From positions 512,001 to 576,000 of the forward strand of contig JAVYWL010000001.1 of the NCBI GenBank assembly GCA_038727135.1: a stretch of 64,000 nt of DNA. The letters run 5' to 3'. Of this stretch, positions 1-10,400 are shown one piece after another; position 1 is the stretch's first letter, and the number at the start of each line of letters is the position of its first letter. The translations under genes were made by a program, and so were the position numbers. The notes under the pieces are model-generated. The model saw only the letters and a list, made by a program, of their open reading frames with translations, had not been told where the DNA came from and did no database searches. Origin of the DNA: Candidatus Bathyarchaeia archaeon. GTDB lineage: Archaea > Thermoproteota > Bathyarchaeia > Bathyarchaeales > Bathycorpusculaceae.

Positions 1-491
1 ATGTCGCTCCGCGCCTTTACCAGAGCGTCTACCTCGTCAAGTGCAACTATCAGTATTTTTTTAGCTACGTCTAAGCCTTGCTTAAATCGGTCAAAGACCT
101 CGCCAAGAGACAGCCCGGTGAACGGAACCACGAGGTTAATACTCTGACATAAGCTCGCAAGAACTCTATACTCGGTTCCAGCTAAGCGGCAATTCACATA
201 GCAAAAACTTACAGGCGCGCCGATTTCCTTAGCCTTAGCCTCCAAGCGATTTAAAACATACTTAGTCACCGCCGTCTTACCAGTCCCTGTCTTTCCATAA
301 ACAAAAATGTTAGAACATCGTGCGCCCTTCAAAACTGGTGCAATTGCCTCCCCGAGGCGTCGGATTTGTTCTTCACGATGCGGAAGTCTTTCGGGTAAAT
401 AATCATGCCGTAGAACCTCCCGGTCCTTAAACACGCCGACGGTATTGCAGAACCTTTCAAACACCTCGTCAAGTATACCTGCATCGTTCAT
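1..491 (-). CDS. cdc6: Orc1/Cdc6 replication initiator, 5' part (runs off window start)
   Basis: Not in ORF track. Manual translation from ATG at 491 gives MNDAGILDEVFERF...VLRHDYLPERLPHREEQI...IFVYGKTGTGKT (Walker A), typical of archaeal Orc1/Cdc6. Confidence 0.95.
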   Translation of the reverse strand, partial: MNDAGILDEVFERFCNTVGVFKDREVLRHDYLPERLPHREEQIRRLGEAIAPVLKGARCSNIFVYGKTGTGKTAVTKYVLNRLEAKAKEIGAPVSFCYVNCRLAGTEYRVLASLCQSINLVVPFTGLSLGEVFDRFKQGLDVAKKILIVALDEVDALVKARSD

Positions 492-640
492 TAGTCACAC
501 CTTCCTCCTAAATGAAACTCTTAACGCAAGCGTTCGCCCTTTTCTTCCGCCAATTTAAGATAAGGCATGCCATACAGAAAAGTGAACAAGCAACAGAAAA
601 ATCCTAAAATGACAAAGGTTTTATTGTTGGGAAAAGGGAG

Positions 641-664
641 ACACCCCATCACTTCAACTGGAAA
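641..664 (-). promoter_or_regulatory. ORB element 1
   Basis: Reverse complement TTTCCAGTTGAAGTGATGGGGTGT matches the ORB consensus (TCCA-TG-AA plus G-string). Confidence 0.85.
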
Positions 665-832
665 ACTCTAAAAGCTGTTACTTAATATCCTTGTTTCCTT
701 CGTAGAAAGGAAAATACTCTGAAAGGTTAGAACATTCAGAAAGGTAAAAAGGATTCTCCTAGAAGTTTTTATACCTAAACTAAAAATGTTTCACTTCAAT
801 GCTGAATTAGAAATCTACTGCTCACCAACCTC

Positions 833-852
833 TCCAGTGGAAAATATGGGGT
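833..852 (+). promoter_or_regulatory. ORB element 2
   Basis: TCCAGTGGAAAATATGGGGT; inverted relative to ORB1, with an AT-rich stretch (candidate DUE) between them. Confidence 0.85.
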
Positions 853-1050
853 AGCACTTCGCCATCTTTTAAGTAGAGTTCAAAAAGGGTGCGAGTTTCG
901 TTATGGTTTACGGGATGCATTTGCCATATTATGGTGCAGGTAAACGACTTCACTTTTGTGAAAACCTTGTGAAGTTTACTCATTTTTGGCGTTTTTATCC
1001 GAGCAATTCTCGTGACGTTGCTATTTCTGTGTCTTTTCTCTGTGAAAAAG

Positions 1051-1074
1051 ACACCCCATCATTTCTACTGGAAA
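1051..1074 (-). promoter_or_regulatory. ORB element 3
   Basis: Reverse complement TTTCCAGTAGAAATGATGGGGTGT, 22/24 identical to ORB1. Confidence 0.85.
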
Positions 1075-1227
1075 GCTGCAAGCATAATTTAACGATTTTT
1101 CATTTGCAAAATGGGTTTTGCTGTAAACTCTGTTAATAAAAATCTTTGGAAATAAGGCTCTTCACGCTGCTTTCAGTTCAAAATTTGCTCTTTATTTTTC
1201 TCCTTTTCACCGCAATAGCTATATCTT

Positions 1228-1707
1228 GTGAAGTGCAAACTTGTGAAAAGAATTTGCGGGTGCCCGACAACAGTGCCAGCGAGAAAGATGCGAATAGAAG
1301 TGTTCGACAGTGAAGGTAATAAGTACAGCATAGCCTTTGAAGGACAAATCACGCGAGATAAAGCCCTCCGCCTATTAGATCTGGTAGAATTGCTTGGAGG
1401 AGTTACATCGAGCGGCACTAATCCTAGCGTTAGCGCTGTCAACATTGAGAAGTCAAAATACGATAAGTTGCTAGCTGTCCTCCAAAAGAACTTTCCCATA
1501 GTTTGGTTCTCATCAAAGGAAGTTCAGGCTGCCTACGAACAAGAGTTTAAAGAACCCATCAGCTTAAGCACCGTGGCCACGTATCTTTCAAGAATGGCTA
1601 ATAAAGGATTGCTCATGAAGGCCGGCGCCTCTAACCGCCTTAAATATAGAATTGCGCCTGGCCCTCCACAAGTTATAGTGAAGCATCACCTACCAAGCGA
1701 GGGTTAA
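1228..1707 (+). CDS. Winged-helix DNA-binding protein (true start probably near 1270-1288)
   Basis: C-terminal FSSKEV...ISLSTVATYLSRMANKGLLMK...YRI wHTH pattern. Confidence 0.75.
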   Translation: MKCKLVKRICGCPTTVPARKMRIEVFDSEGNKYSIAFEGQITRDKALRLLDLVELLGGVTSSGTNPSVSAVNIEKSKYDKLLAVLQKNFPIVWFSSKEVQAAYEQEFKEPISLSTVATYLSRMANKGLLMKAGASNRLKYRIAPGPPQVIVKHHLPSEG

Positions 1708-1713
1708 TGCTTC

Positions 1714-2427
1714 TTAAGTGGCCTCCGTTTCAGCTCTTTTCAAAAATTTCTCCATTTCCTTCTTCACACTGTATTTGAAGGGGATTTTACTTGAGTCCCT
1801 TTCTAAATAACCTTCCTCGTAGAGCCTCTTCATAAGCCTAGCTGTGTGCTCCCTGCTAAGCCTAATCCTCTCCTTAATTTCCGGGGCTGTTTTTGGGCCC
1901 TCAGCGGCCAACATCTCCAACACAGCAAGCTCCGTTTCAGTTAATTTGGCTAATGCCTTCTCTCTCTTTATTGGTATGGCCGCCTCAACTCCGATTTCAG
2001 GAAGCGTTGACACTGTTTGGGTTCTCTCTTCAATCGTTGAAACTTTAGCGAGAACCTCTTTTTGTGCTTCGGTAACGTCACGGGTCTGTTTCTCTATATC
2101 GTTTAGTCGAGTTAGCATCTTCTCCTTGTCCTCAAAAAGCTCCTTCGCCTTGTCTTCCAAGAGTTTTAGCCGATTCTCCATGTCTTTAACGGCCTTTAGC
2201 GCATCGGTGCCCTTGGCAGAAGCGGCTTCAATCTTATAAGAAATGGTTTGTAAGACGTCTGTCGCATGCTTAAGCTCCCTACTGAAGCTCAAGATTATAT
2301 CGTTAAATGCTTCCTTGGCCTTCTCGTACTCTTTTCTAATTTTAACAAGGTTCCTATAATACTCTACAGCAGCACCAACAGCCACTGCCAGAAAGATGCT
2401 CGAGATAATAATTAAGAGATCAACCAT
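1714..2427 (-). CDS. Membrane-anchored coiled-coil protein with C-terminal winged-helix domain
   Basis: N-terminal hydrophobic helix, heptad-rich middle, LTETELAVLEMLAAEGPKTAPEI...SREHTARLMKRLYEEGYLER. Confidence 0.85.
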   Translation of the reverse strand: MVDLLIIISSIFLAVAVGAAVEYYRNLVKIRKEYEKAKEAFNDIILSFSRELKHATDVLQTISYKIEAASAKGTDALKAVKDMENRLKLLEDKAKELFEDKEKMLTRLNDIEKQTRDVTEAQKEVLAKVSTIEERTQTVSTLPEIGVEAAIPIKREKALAKLTETELAVLEMLAAEGPKTAPEIKERIRLSREHTARLMKRLYEEGYLERDSSKIPFKYSVKKEMEKFLKRAETEAT

Positions 2428-2692
2428 GTGATGCCTCCTGTGATTCTTCTGTAATATGTCGTGACTTTAACATGTTACATCACACATCACAGTTTTAGCC
2501 TAAAAATCATTTAAAGATTGTGGTCGCCGTGAAGACTTATGACGTCACAGGTCACGAATAGATGCGTCCAACGTTATCTTATCCTTTTAAAGAAAACCTC
2601 GTTTTTGCCTTCTTCTTCCATTTGGCCCTATTTTTCACTTCCTTTATCTGCAATAGGGACTTGTAATTTTCTCTGTGATTTGTGATGTCACA
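2427..2692. repeat. Cluster of short YGTGAY / RTCACR motifs
   Basis: TGTGAT at 2427, 2439, 2674, 2681; ATCACA at 2479, 2486; GTCACA at 2544, 2687; CGTGAC 2460; GTCACG 2551; further near-matches. Confidence 0.7.
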
Positions 2693-3239
2693 TAAAACCT
2701 TCCGATGGGTTTGAGAGTACATTTAAGCTGTTTTCAAGCTCTTCCCTTAACATTTTAAGGATTTTTATTTGTTCCTCTGGCTGCTCGATTTTGTTTGACA
2801 GACCTTTGTGGGCGTTAATGTATTCTTGCAGTTTGTTTGCGATTTCAATATATTGGTCAAGTGCTGTGCTTTCAAAAATTCCTAAATACCCTAAAAGCAG
2901 CACTGTGTAAACCGCTTTTATGACATTTTTTTGCGCTTGCTTTAAGGTTCTATTGAAGGCCCCGCGGCTTATTTTTGCCTTTGTTAGGCGTAATTTGGCT
3001 TTTTCATCGTATTTCATCGGTTTTTCCGAAAAATTTTCGGCTAAAATGTCTATGAGCAGCGTTTCTAGCTGCGTTTTTGTCAGGTGGCTATTCTTTGTGA
3101 GTATTTTGACTATGGGATCTTCTAAAGACTTTTTTAACCATAATTGAACGCTGTTTTTCAACATTTCAGTTTCGCCACTATTAGCTATGCTTGTTGAATA
3201 CACTTTTGTATACAGGCTTTTAAGAGTTCTGTTCAACAT
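2688..3239 (-). CDS. Hypothetical HTH protein (Tfx/sigma-region-4-like)
   Basis: LTKTQLETLL...ISRGAFNRTLKQAQKNV resembles the Tfx-type HTH; true start probably at the internal MLKNSV. Confidence 0.65.
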   Translation of the reverse strand: MLNRTLKSLYTKVYSTSIANSGETEMLKNSVQLWLKKSLEDPIVKILTKNSHLTKTQLETLLIDILAENFSEKPMKYDEKAKLRLTKAKISRGAFNRTLKQAQKNVIKAVYTVLLLGYLGIFESTALDQYIEIANKLQEYINAHKGLSNKIEQPEEQIKILKMLREELENSLNVLSNPSEGFM

Positions 3240-3314
3240 TTAAAAGTACGCTTTCAAGACGCAACCATTATATGCTAAAGCATATAACACGTAGTTCGAG
3301 GAGAGCGTTTAACA

Positions 3315-4488
3315 TTGCAATTTAAGGCTTCTGAACGCCTAAAAAACATAAAGCCCTCTGGAATTCGCCGATTTTTCGCTTTGGCCCAAGAATTTCCCGG
3401 CATTATCAATTTAAGTGTTGGAGAGCCGGATTTTACACCGCCGATGCATGTTTTGGAGGGAGGATGGAAGGCAGTATTAGAGGGCAAAACCCATTATGCT
3501 CCAACTAATGGCATTCCAGAACTTCGAGAGGCTCTAGCTGAAAAGGCCCGTAAAGAGTACGGTCTTAAGTATGACCCAAACTCTGAGGTTTTGGTCACTG
3601 TTGGCGGTACAGAAGCTATTTCCCTTGCTTTAATGGCTCTGGTCAATCCAGGCGACGAAGTATTAATCCCTAATCCTGGATTTGTTTGCTAGAGCCTAGT
3701 GTTAGATTGGCAGGTGGGATTCCTGTTTCAATTCCAATTTTGGAGGAAAAGGGGTTTAAGCCTCCGTTGATGATGTGACGTCACTTATCACGGAGAAATC
3801 ACGTGTGATGATTTTGAACTCTCCAAATAACCCAACAGGGGCTGTTCTTTCATATGATGAACTTAAAGCATTAGCCAAAATAGCTGTTGAGCGTGATTTG
3901 ATTGTGATTTCGGATGAGGTTTACGAGAAAATAATCTATGATGGAGAAAAACACTGTTGCCTAGCGACGTTTCCGGGGATGAAGAAGCGCACCTTAGTTG
4001 TAAACTCTTTTTCTAAAACTTATGCTATGACGGGCTTAAGAGTTGGTTATGTTTATGGCCCTAAAGAGCTTATTGCTCACCTATGGCTTTGCCACCAATA
4101 TTTTACTGCTTGTGTTGATACCTTTGCACAGTATGCGGCGTTAGCCGCTTTGAAAGGGCCACAAGACTTTGTTAAAGAGATGGTGGCTGAGTTTGATAAG
4201 CGAAGGCGCTTCGTCTTTAAGAGGCTGAATGAGATTGGAGGATTTAGATGTAACCTCCCGAAAGGCGCCTTCTACATGTTTCCAAGCATAAAAGCCTTTA
4301 ACATGTCTTCGGAGGATTTCGCCCAACTTCTGCTTAGAGAAGCACGTGTTGCCACTGTGCCGGGTTCTGCTTTTGGTTCTTATGGTGAGGGTTACATCCG
4401 GATTTCCTACGCCGCAGCCTATGAGCAACTGGAAGAGGCTTTTAACCGTATGGAGAAGGCTGTTAAAAAGCTTAAGGGCTCTTGTTAG
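3315..4488 (+). pseudogene. Class I/II PLP aminotransferase (AspC-like), interrupted by two 1-nt deletions
   Basis: ORFs 3315-3692 and 3775-4488 join via a third frame (EPSVRLAGGIPVSIPILEEKGFK); NSPNNPTG, DEVY and SFSKTYAMTGLRVG motifs intact. Confidence 0.8.
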
Positions 4489-5318
4489 AGCTTTTCTGCT
4501 TTCTCCTTTAGTTTGTCGAAAAGTTCCGGGCGCAAATCTTTCAATGTTGGGACAAAGGCTTCAATAGGCTTTATGTTGGCATAATTTACTTCGCCCACCA
4601 CGAGGTCTTCCTCGTCGTATTTCGCCTTTGCAATTATTTTCCCGTTTGGGGCTATTAGTCTGCTTCCACCCCAGAACTGCAGTCCATCTTCTATGCCTAC
4701 AAGGTTTACATAAGCAAGAAACACCGCATTTTCAATAGCCCTAGCAACCGTTAGAGTCTCGAAAAACGATTTGCGAACGGCTGGCGAAGCTGAAATACAG
4801 ACAATCATTTGAGCGCCTTCTAAACGTGTTAGCCGGCAAACTTCTGGGAAAAAGATGTCATAGCATATTATTAGCCCAATTTTTCCAATGGCTGTTTCGA
4901 AGGCACTTGCCTGGTAGCCTTGTCTAAAATATCTCTTCTCCTCAAAAACGCTGTGGGTTGGTAGGTGCATCTTCCTATATTTCCCAATGTAACCTTCCGG
5001 TCCTACGAGAACTGCAGTATTGTAAATGGTTGCTTGTGCCTTTTCGCTGAGTTCCGGCATCCCAAACACTATGTAGACTTTATACTTCTTCGCGATTCTT
5101 TCGATTGCATCGGTTGATGGCCCTGGGATTCTTTCTGCCAATTCATAAAGTTCATCCCTTACCGTATATCCTGTCAGTGAGAGTTCGGGGAAAATAACGA
5201 GCTCTGCACCTTTTCGCTTTGCTTTTACAGTGAATTCTTCAATTTTCTGTATGTTTGCCTTTTTATCTCCCCGTTGGCAGCTTATTTGGGCAAGGGCTGT
5301 CAAGAATTTTTCCTTCAA
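4485..5318 (-). CDS. Carbon-nitrogen hydrolase (nitrilase family)
   Basis: FPEL, YRKMHL, ICYD catalytic E-K-C triad. Confidence 0.9.
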   Translation of the reverse strand: MKEKFLTALAQISCQRGDKKANIQKIEEFTVKAKRKGAELVIFPELSLTGYTVRDELYELAERIPGPSTDAIERIAKKYKVYIVFGMPELSEKAQATIYNTAVLVGPEGYIGKYRKMHLPTHSVFEEKRYFRQGYQASAFETAIGKIGLIICYDIFFPEVCRLTRLEGAQMIVCISASPAVRKSFFETLTVARAIENAVFLAYVNLVGIEDGLQFWGGSRLIAPNGKIIAKAKYDEEDLVVGEVNYANIKPIEAFVPTLKDLRPELFDKLKEKAEKL

Positions 5319-5330
5319 ATTTTTCCTTCC

Positions 5331-6170
5331 TTATCTTGTGAATGGTATTCTAAAGTCAAATCCAGCGGTCCTATATTGAAGTTTTGTTGTTAGCGGCATC
5401 CTTCTCTTATGTTCCATTTTTAGCCACCGCTCTTTTACCCTTTCCACCAAGTCTTTTTGCAGGCCTAGCTGTTCAGCTATATCCTCTATTTTCATGAAAT
5501 GCTCAAGTCCGTATAGGATAAGGTCTAACGTTTCATATTTTATCCCTAATTCTTCCTCTGCCGTTTGCCCGGGCCACAATGTGGGGGATGGCGGTTTCTC
5601 CACAATTTCTTTTGGTATGCCCAAATGTCTTGCAAGCTTTTTCACTTGGGTTTTGTAAAGGTCCATTATTGGAGATATGTCTGCTGCTACATCTCCCCAT
5701 TTAGTGAAGTAGCCCATCATCGTCTCCGACTTGTCAGAGCTTCCACACACTATCAGGTTAAGCTTGTTGGCGTAATAATAAATGTAGAGCATACGCATCC
5801 GTGCTTTCAAGTTGCCCTTAGAAAGCTTATCTTCAGCATCAAAAATTGGTAGCGTTTTTTGGAGCGCCTCCAATGCCGGTGTGATATCTATGGCTTCTGT
5901 TTTTAGGCCGAACTTTTCTGCCACAAGCCTTGCGTGCTCCATGTCTTTTGGGTTATATGTTTCCTTCTCTGGAAGCATAAGTCCCAAAACCTTGTTTCCT
6001 CCCACGGCTTTAGAAGATAGTGCTGCCACTGTGCTACTGTCTATGCCGCCGGAAAGCCCTAAAACAATGCCGTTAGCCTTTGCCTTTTCCACATAATCCT
6101 TTATGAAACGTGTTATCTTCTCTTCTACTTCCGTCCAGTCCAGCTCCAATACTGATGGTATCAATTTCAA
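5331..6170 (-). CDS. nadE: NAD+ synthetase
   Basis: LGLSGGIDS, GNLKARMRM, GYFTKWGD, LYKTQV, PSPTLWPGQ. Confidence 0.95.
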   Translation of the reverse strand: MKLIPSVLELDWTEVEEKITRFIKDYVEKAKANGIVLGLSGGIDSSTVAALSSKAVGGNKVLGLMLPEKETYNPKDMEHARLVAEKFGLKTEAIDITPALEALQKTLPIFDAEDKLSKGNLKARMRMLYIYYYANKLNLIVCGSSDKSETMMGYFTKWGDVAADISPIMDLYKTQVKKLARHLGIPKEIVEKPPSPTLWPGQTAEEELGIKYETLDLILYGLEHFMKIEDIAEQLGLQKDLVERVKERWLKMEHKRRMPLTTKLQYRTAGFDFRIPFTR

Positions 6171-6272
6171 AGGGTTTCATCCTCACTGTTTATGGGATTA
6201 GGCAAGTATTTAAGGACGAAGATGGGATAATGAATAGGTGTAGCCTTAAACACGTACGTGAAGGATTGGTGT

Positions 6273-6542
6273 ATGGGGCGTAGAAGGCGGAAGGTTGTCC
6301 GAATTCCAAAGAAGCGTTTGCCAAAATTCTTCTCATGCCCTATTTGTGGAAAGGCCTCGGTTCGTGTTGAAATGTTCAGGGATGAGGGAAGAGCTGTTGT
6401 AAGCTGCGGTAATTGCGGTGCAAAAGAGGAGTTTCCAGTTAAAGGTGCCCTTGGCGAGATAGACGTGTACTGCATGTTCACCGACAAGATCTACGGCGGG
6501 GTTAGGCGACTGCCCGCCCCAGAGGTTAAGGAATCCGCATAA
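6273..6542 (+). CDS. elf1: Transcription elongation factor Elf1
   Basis: MGRRRRK...[11 protein letters not shown]...CGNCG...IDVYCMFTD. Confidence 0.9.
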   Translation: MGRRRRKVVRIPKKRLPKFFSCPICGKASVRVEMFRDEGRAVVSCGNCGAKEEFPVKGALGEIDVYCMFTDKIYGGVRRLPAPEVKESA

Positions 6543-6557
6543 AAGGATGGATAGCTC

Positions 6558-7310
6558 TTGATAGGAGCTGTTGAAAAATATCTGCTGGATAAAATCAGTT
6601 CAGAGGGGTCGATTCACATAACTCTGATCGACCCCGAGAAAGTTACGCCTTCTCAAGCCTCAGCAATAGCCAGAAAAGCGCGGGCTAGTGGGACGTCTGC
6701 AATAATGATAGGGGGCTCGACTTTTATCTCGGCTAAACACTTAGATGACGTTGTTAAGACGGTTAAGCGGGCTGTGGATATCCCTATAATCCTATTTCCA
6801 AATAATGTCACTAGTATTAGCCGTTATGCGGACGCCATATGGTTCATGTCTCTCCTAAACTCCCTTGATCCGTACTTTATTGTGGGAGCGCAGGTTTTAG
6901 GCGCGCCCTTGATTAAGAGGTACCGCCTCGAGCCGATTCCGCTGGGCTACATTATTGTTGGTGAAGGTGGGACAGCTGGCATTGTGGGGAAGGCTGTTCC
7001 CATACCTTATGATAAGCCGGAATTGGCTGTTGCTCATGCATTGGCGGGGCAGTATTTGGGCATGCGTTTCATTTACCTCGAAGCGGGTTCAGGTGCCAAA
7101 AAACCGGTTCCCAAGGAAATGATTCGTGCTGTGAGGAAAAGCATTGATGTTCCTTTAATTGTTGGTGGAGGAATAAGGACAAGGGCGCAGGCACTGGCGG
7201 CAGCATCGGCAGGCGCGGACATTATTGTTACAGGCAATGTTGTTGAGAATGGTCAGGTTAGGGACAAGGTTTCAGAGATTGTTGAGGGCTTGAAAAGCTG
7301 TAAAGCGTGA
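6558..7310 (+). CDS. Geranylgeranylglyceryl phosphate synthase
   Basis: LIDPEK, IMIGGST, IYLEAGSGA, VGGGIR, IVTGN. Confidence 0.95.
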   Translation: MIGAVEKYLLDKISSEGSIHITLIDPEKVTPSQASAIARKARASGTSAIMIGGSTFISAKHLDDVVKTVKRAVDIPIILFPNNVTSISRYADAIWFMSLLNSLDPYFIVGAQVLGAPLIKRYRLEPIPLGYIIVGEGGTAGIVGKAVPIPYDKPELAVAHALAGQYLGMRFIYLEAGSGAKKPVPKEMIRAVRKSIDVPLIVGGGIRTRAQALAAASAGADIIVTGNVVENGQVRDKVSEIVEGLKSCKA

Positions 7311-7446
7311 CACTGCTTATAAAGTTTGCATTTTCTTGTATAAAACTTGATAGCTTTGCCGCTCCAAGGCAATGGCGTCTTTGCCTCTTACTTGTTAGAA
7401 AACAGAAATATGCAACTACCAGCCAAATGAAGTACCGAGTGGTTGA

Positions 7447-10400
7447 TTGGACATTCTGATGAGCAAATCCTACGAAAAATACATCGAGGCTTTAGAAAAA
7501 CAACTCGGGCAATTATACAGCGTAGCCGCCAAAGCCCGAGAAAAAGGCCTCGACCCCGAATTTAAGCCTGAATGCACAATTGCAAGGGACATGGCTGACC
7601 TTGTTGAGGGGCTTGTCGGTCCCAAAGGCGTTGCTGAAAGAATACGGGAGTTAAGCTCAAAACTCTCGAGGGAGGAGCTTGCCTTTAAAATTGCTGAGGA
7701 AATTGTTTATGGAAAGTTTGGGCATTTGGAGCCTGAAGCTGCCGCTGAGCAAGCCATACGCACGGCCTTGGCTATTCTCACGGAGGGGGTTACCGCCGCC
7801 CCCATACAAGGCGTTGCACAAGTTAAGATTAAAACTAACCATGATAGGTCAAAGTATTTGGCTATCTACTTTGCTGGTCCTATACGTTCTGCTGGTGGCA
7901 CAGATCAAGCGCTCACATTAGTCATAGGTGACTTTATTCGTAGGATTCTTGGGCTTGACCGTTACAAGCCCACGGAAGAGGAAATCGCTCGCTTCGTTGA
8001 GGAGGTTAGGCTTTATGAACGCAGTGTCAGTCGCTTCCAATATCATGTTTCAGACGAAGAGTTACAGAGGGCGCTACGCTGGCTGCCAGTAGAAGTTACC
8101 GGCACAGAATCTGACCCTGTGGAGGTTTCAGCTTACCGTAATCTACCTCGCATTGAAACCAACAGGGTTCGAGGCGGAGCATTGCGTGTGGTTAATGATG
8201 GGATTGTTGGTCGGGCCTCGAAGGTTTGGGCTATTGTGGAGAAATTGGGCATCCAAGGCTGGGATTGGCTTAAGGAAATCCGGAAAATGTCTGAAAAGAA
8301 AGCGGCTGGTTTTATGGACGACATTGTTGCAGGACGCCCCATATTCTCCTTTCCGGGCAGCCGTGGAGGCTTCCGCCTACGATATGGAAGGGCAAGAAAC
8401 ACAGGATTAACAGCTGTGGGCGTTCATCCAGCCACGATGCTTGTTCTTCAAGGGTTTATTGCAGCGGGCACTCAGCTTCGCCTTGAGCTTCCAGGGAAAG
8501 GTGGAATCGCAGTGCCTGTTGATGCTTTAGAGCCGCCAATAGTGAAGTTAAGAGACGGGTCAGTTGTGCGCGTCACCTTGGAAAATTTCAGCGATGTTAA
8601 AGACAGAATTGAGAAAATCTTGTTTTTGGGTGACATCCTCATAAGTTTTGGCGATTTCCTTTACCAAGGGAAAAGCCTTGTTCCTGCCGGATATGTTGAA
8701 GAGTGGTGGGCTGGAGACTTAAAAAAAGCCATAGCCGAGAAGTTTGGAGGAGATTTTGAAAAGGCTGCGGCTGCCGCCGGGATACTTGTTGAGAGGCTTA
8801 AAAGTTTTCTTGGAAACCCGTTTGTGAATAAGCCGACATGCAAGGAGGCTATAGCACTTTCACTAAATGTTACAATTCCGCTTCATCCAGCCTATACCTT
8901 CTTCTGGTCCAGTTTAGGTTCCGTTGAGGAGCTTAAGCTTCTTAGGAACTGGGCGCTTACGGCTAGTGTGGAGTGTGATGAGGGCTTCGCTCACCGTATA
9001 GTTGGTAAGATGGATGAAAGTGTTAAGAAGGCTCTGGAAGCGATATGCTTGCCCCATAAAGTTGTTGGTGGCAATATAGTTGTTGAAGGGGATGATGCGT
9101 GTGCCTTCACCTTCTGCCTTGGCATTGGTAAGTCTGACGTTAATTTTCGACAAGTGGGAGATGTTTTGAAGGCTATTGAGGAACTTTGCGGTGTGGTTGT
9201 TAGGGATAAGGCTTCAACTTTTATTGGTGCAAGGATGGGGCGCCCTGAGAAGGCTAAGAGGCGGGAGATGAAACCTCTTGTGCATGTTTTGTTCCCCGTG
9301 GGTTTGGCTGGTGGTTCTCAAAGAGATGTTTTGGAGGCTGCCAAACGTGGAAACGTTTACGTGGAAGTTGTCAAGCGCAAGTGTCCTCCATGTAAGACAG
9401 TTGCCTTTGGGAGAAAGTGCCCCGCGTGTGGTTCTGAAACGATTTTGGAGCATGTTTGCCCAAGATGTGGAAGAACCCTCAATGGGGGCGGCGAATGTCC
9501 GGTTTGTAAAGTTTTTGCGGTTCCCTATCAGCGGCAATACGTTAACATAAGCGAGCTGCTGGACCAAGCGTGCAGCCATCTGGGTGTTTCGTCGCTGAAG
9601 ATTTTGAAGGGTGTTAAGGGCTTAACCAACGAAACTAAGACTCCAGAAATTCTAGAGAAGGGTGTTTTGCGGGCAAAGTATGACTTATCCGTATACAAGG
9701 ATGGCACTATTCGCTTTGATGCAACAAACGCTCCGTTAACACATTTCAAACCGTCGGAGATAGGGATTTCCGTTGAGAAACTTGTTAAGCTTGGTTACAC
9801 AACTGATGCTTATGGCAATCCCCTAACAAGTCCGGAGCAGATATGCGAGCTGAAAATACAAGATGTCATCATCCCAATTAAGTGTGCAGAATATTTTGTT
9901 CGTGTGGCAAACTTTGTTGACGAACTTCTCGTGAAAGTTTATGGACTGCCAGCATACTACAATGTTAGGAACATTGAAGACCTTATCGGTCACTTGGTTA
10001 TTGGTTTGGCTCCTCACACATCTGTTGGCATTCTTGGACGGATAATTGGTTTTACAAGCCTAAATGTTTGTTATGCCCATCCAGTTTGGCATTCTGCCAA
10101 ACGGAGGGACTGCGACGGCGACGAGGATGCGCTAATGCTTGCACTAGACACATTGCTAAACTTTTCAAGGGTTTTCTTGCCAGCGCAAATAGGCGGAATA
10201 ATGGATGCTCCGCTGCTGCTGATATCTGTTGTTAACCCAAAAGAGGTGCAAAGGCAAGCCCACGACTTTGATGTGGCTGAAGCCTATCCATTAGAGTTTT
10301 ACCAGAAAACTTTGGAAAAAGCTGAAGCCAAACATGTTAGCCCACTAGTAGACCTCATCGAATATCGCCTTGGCACAGAAGCACAGTTTGAAGGCTACCA

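Larger units (their letters stand above)
600..1150. promoter_or_regulatory. Chromosomal replication origin (oriC)
   Basis: Non-coding, AT-rich, directly upstream of cdc6, with three ORB elements. Confidence 0.85.

Noticed and set aside
903-1136. 77-aa ORF in the ORF track
   Set aside because: Lies within oriC across ORB3 and has no protein-like motif; probably spurious
7320-7455. Possible H/ACA or K-loop RNA upstream of polC
   Set aside because: Only short stems; K-turn geometry is off and there is no convincing pseudouridylation pocket
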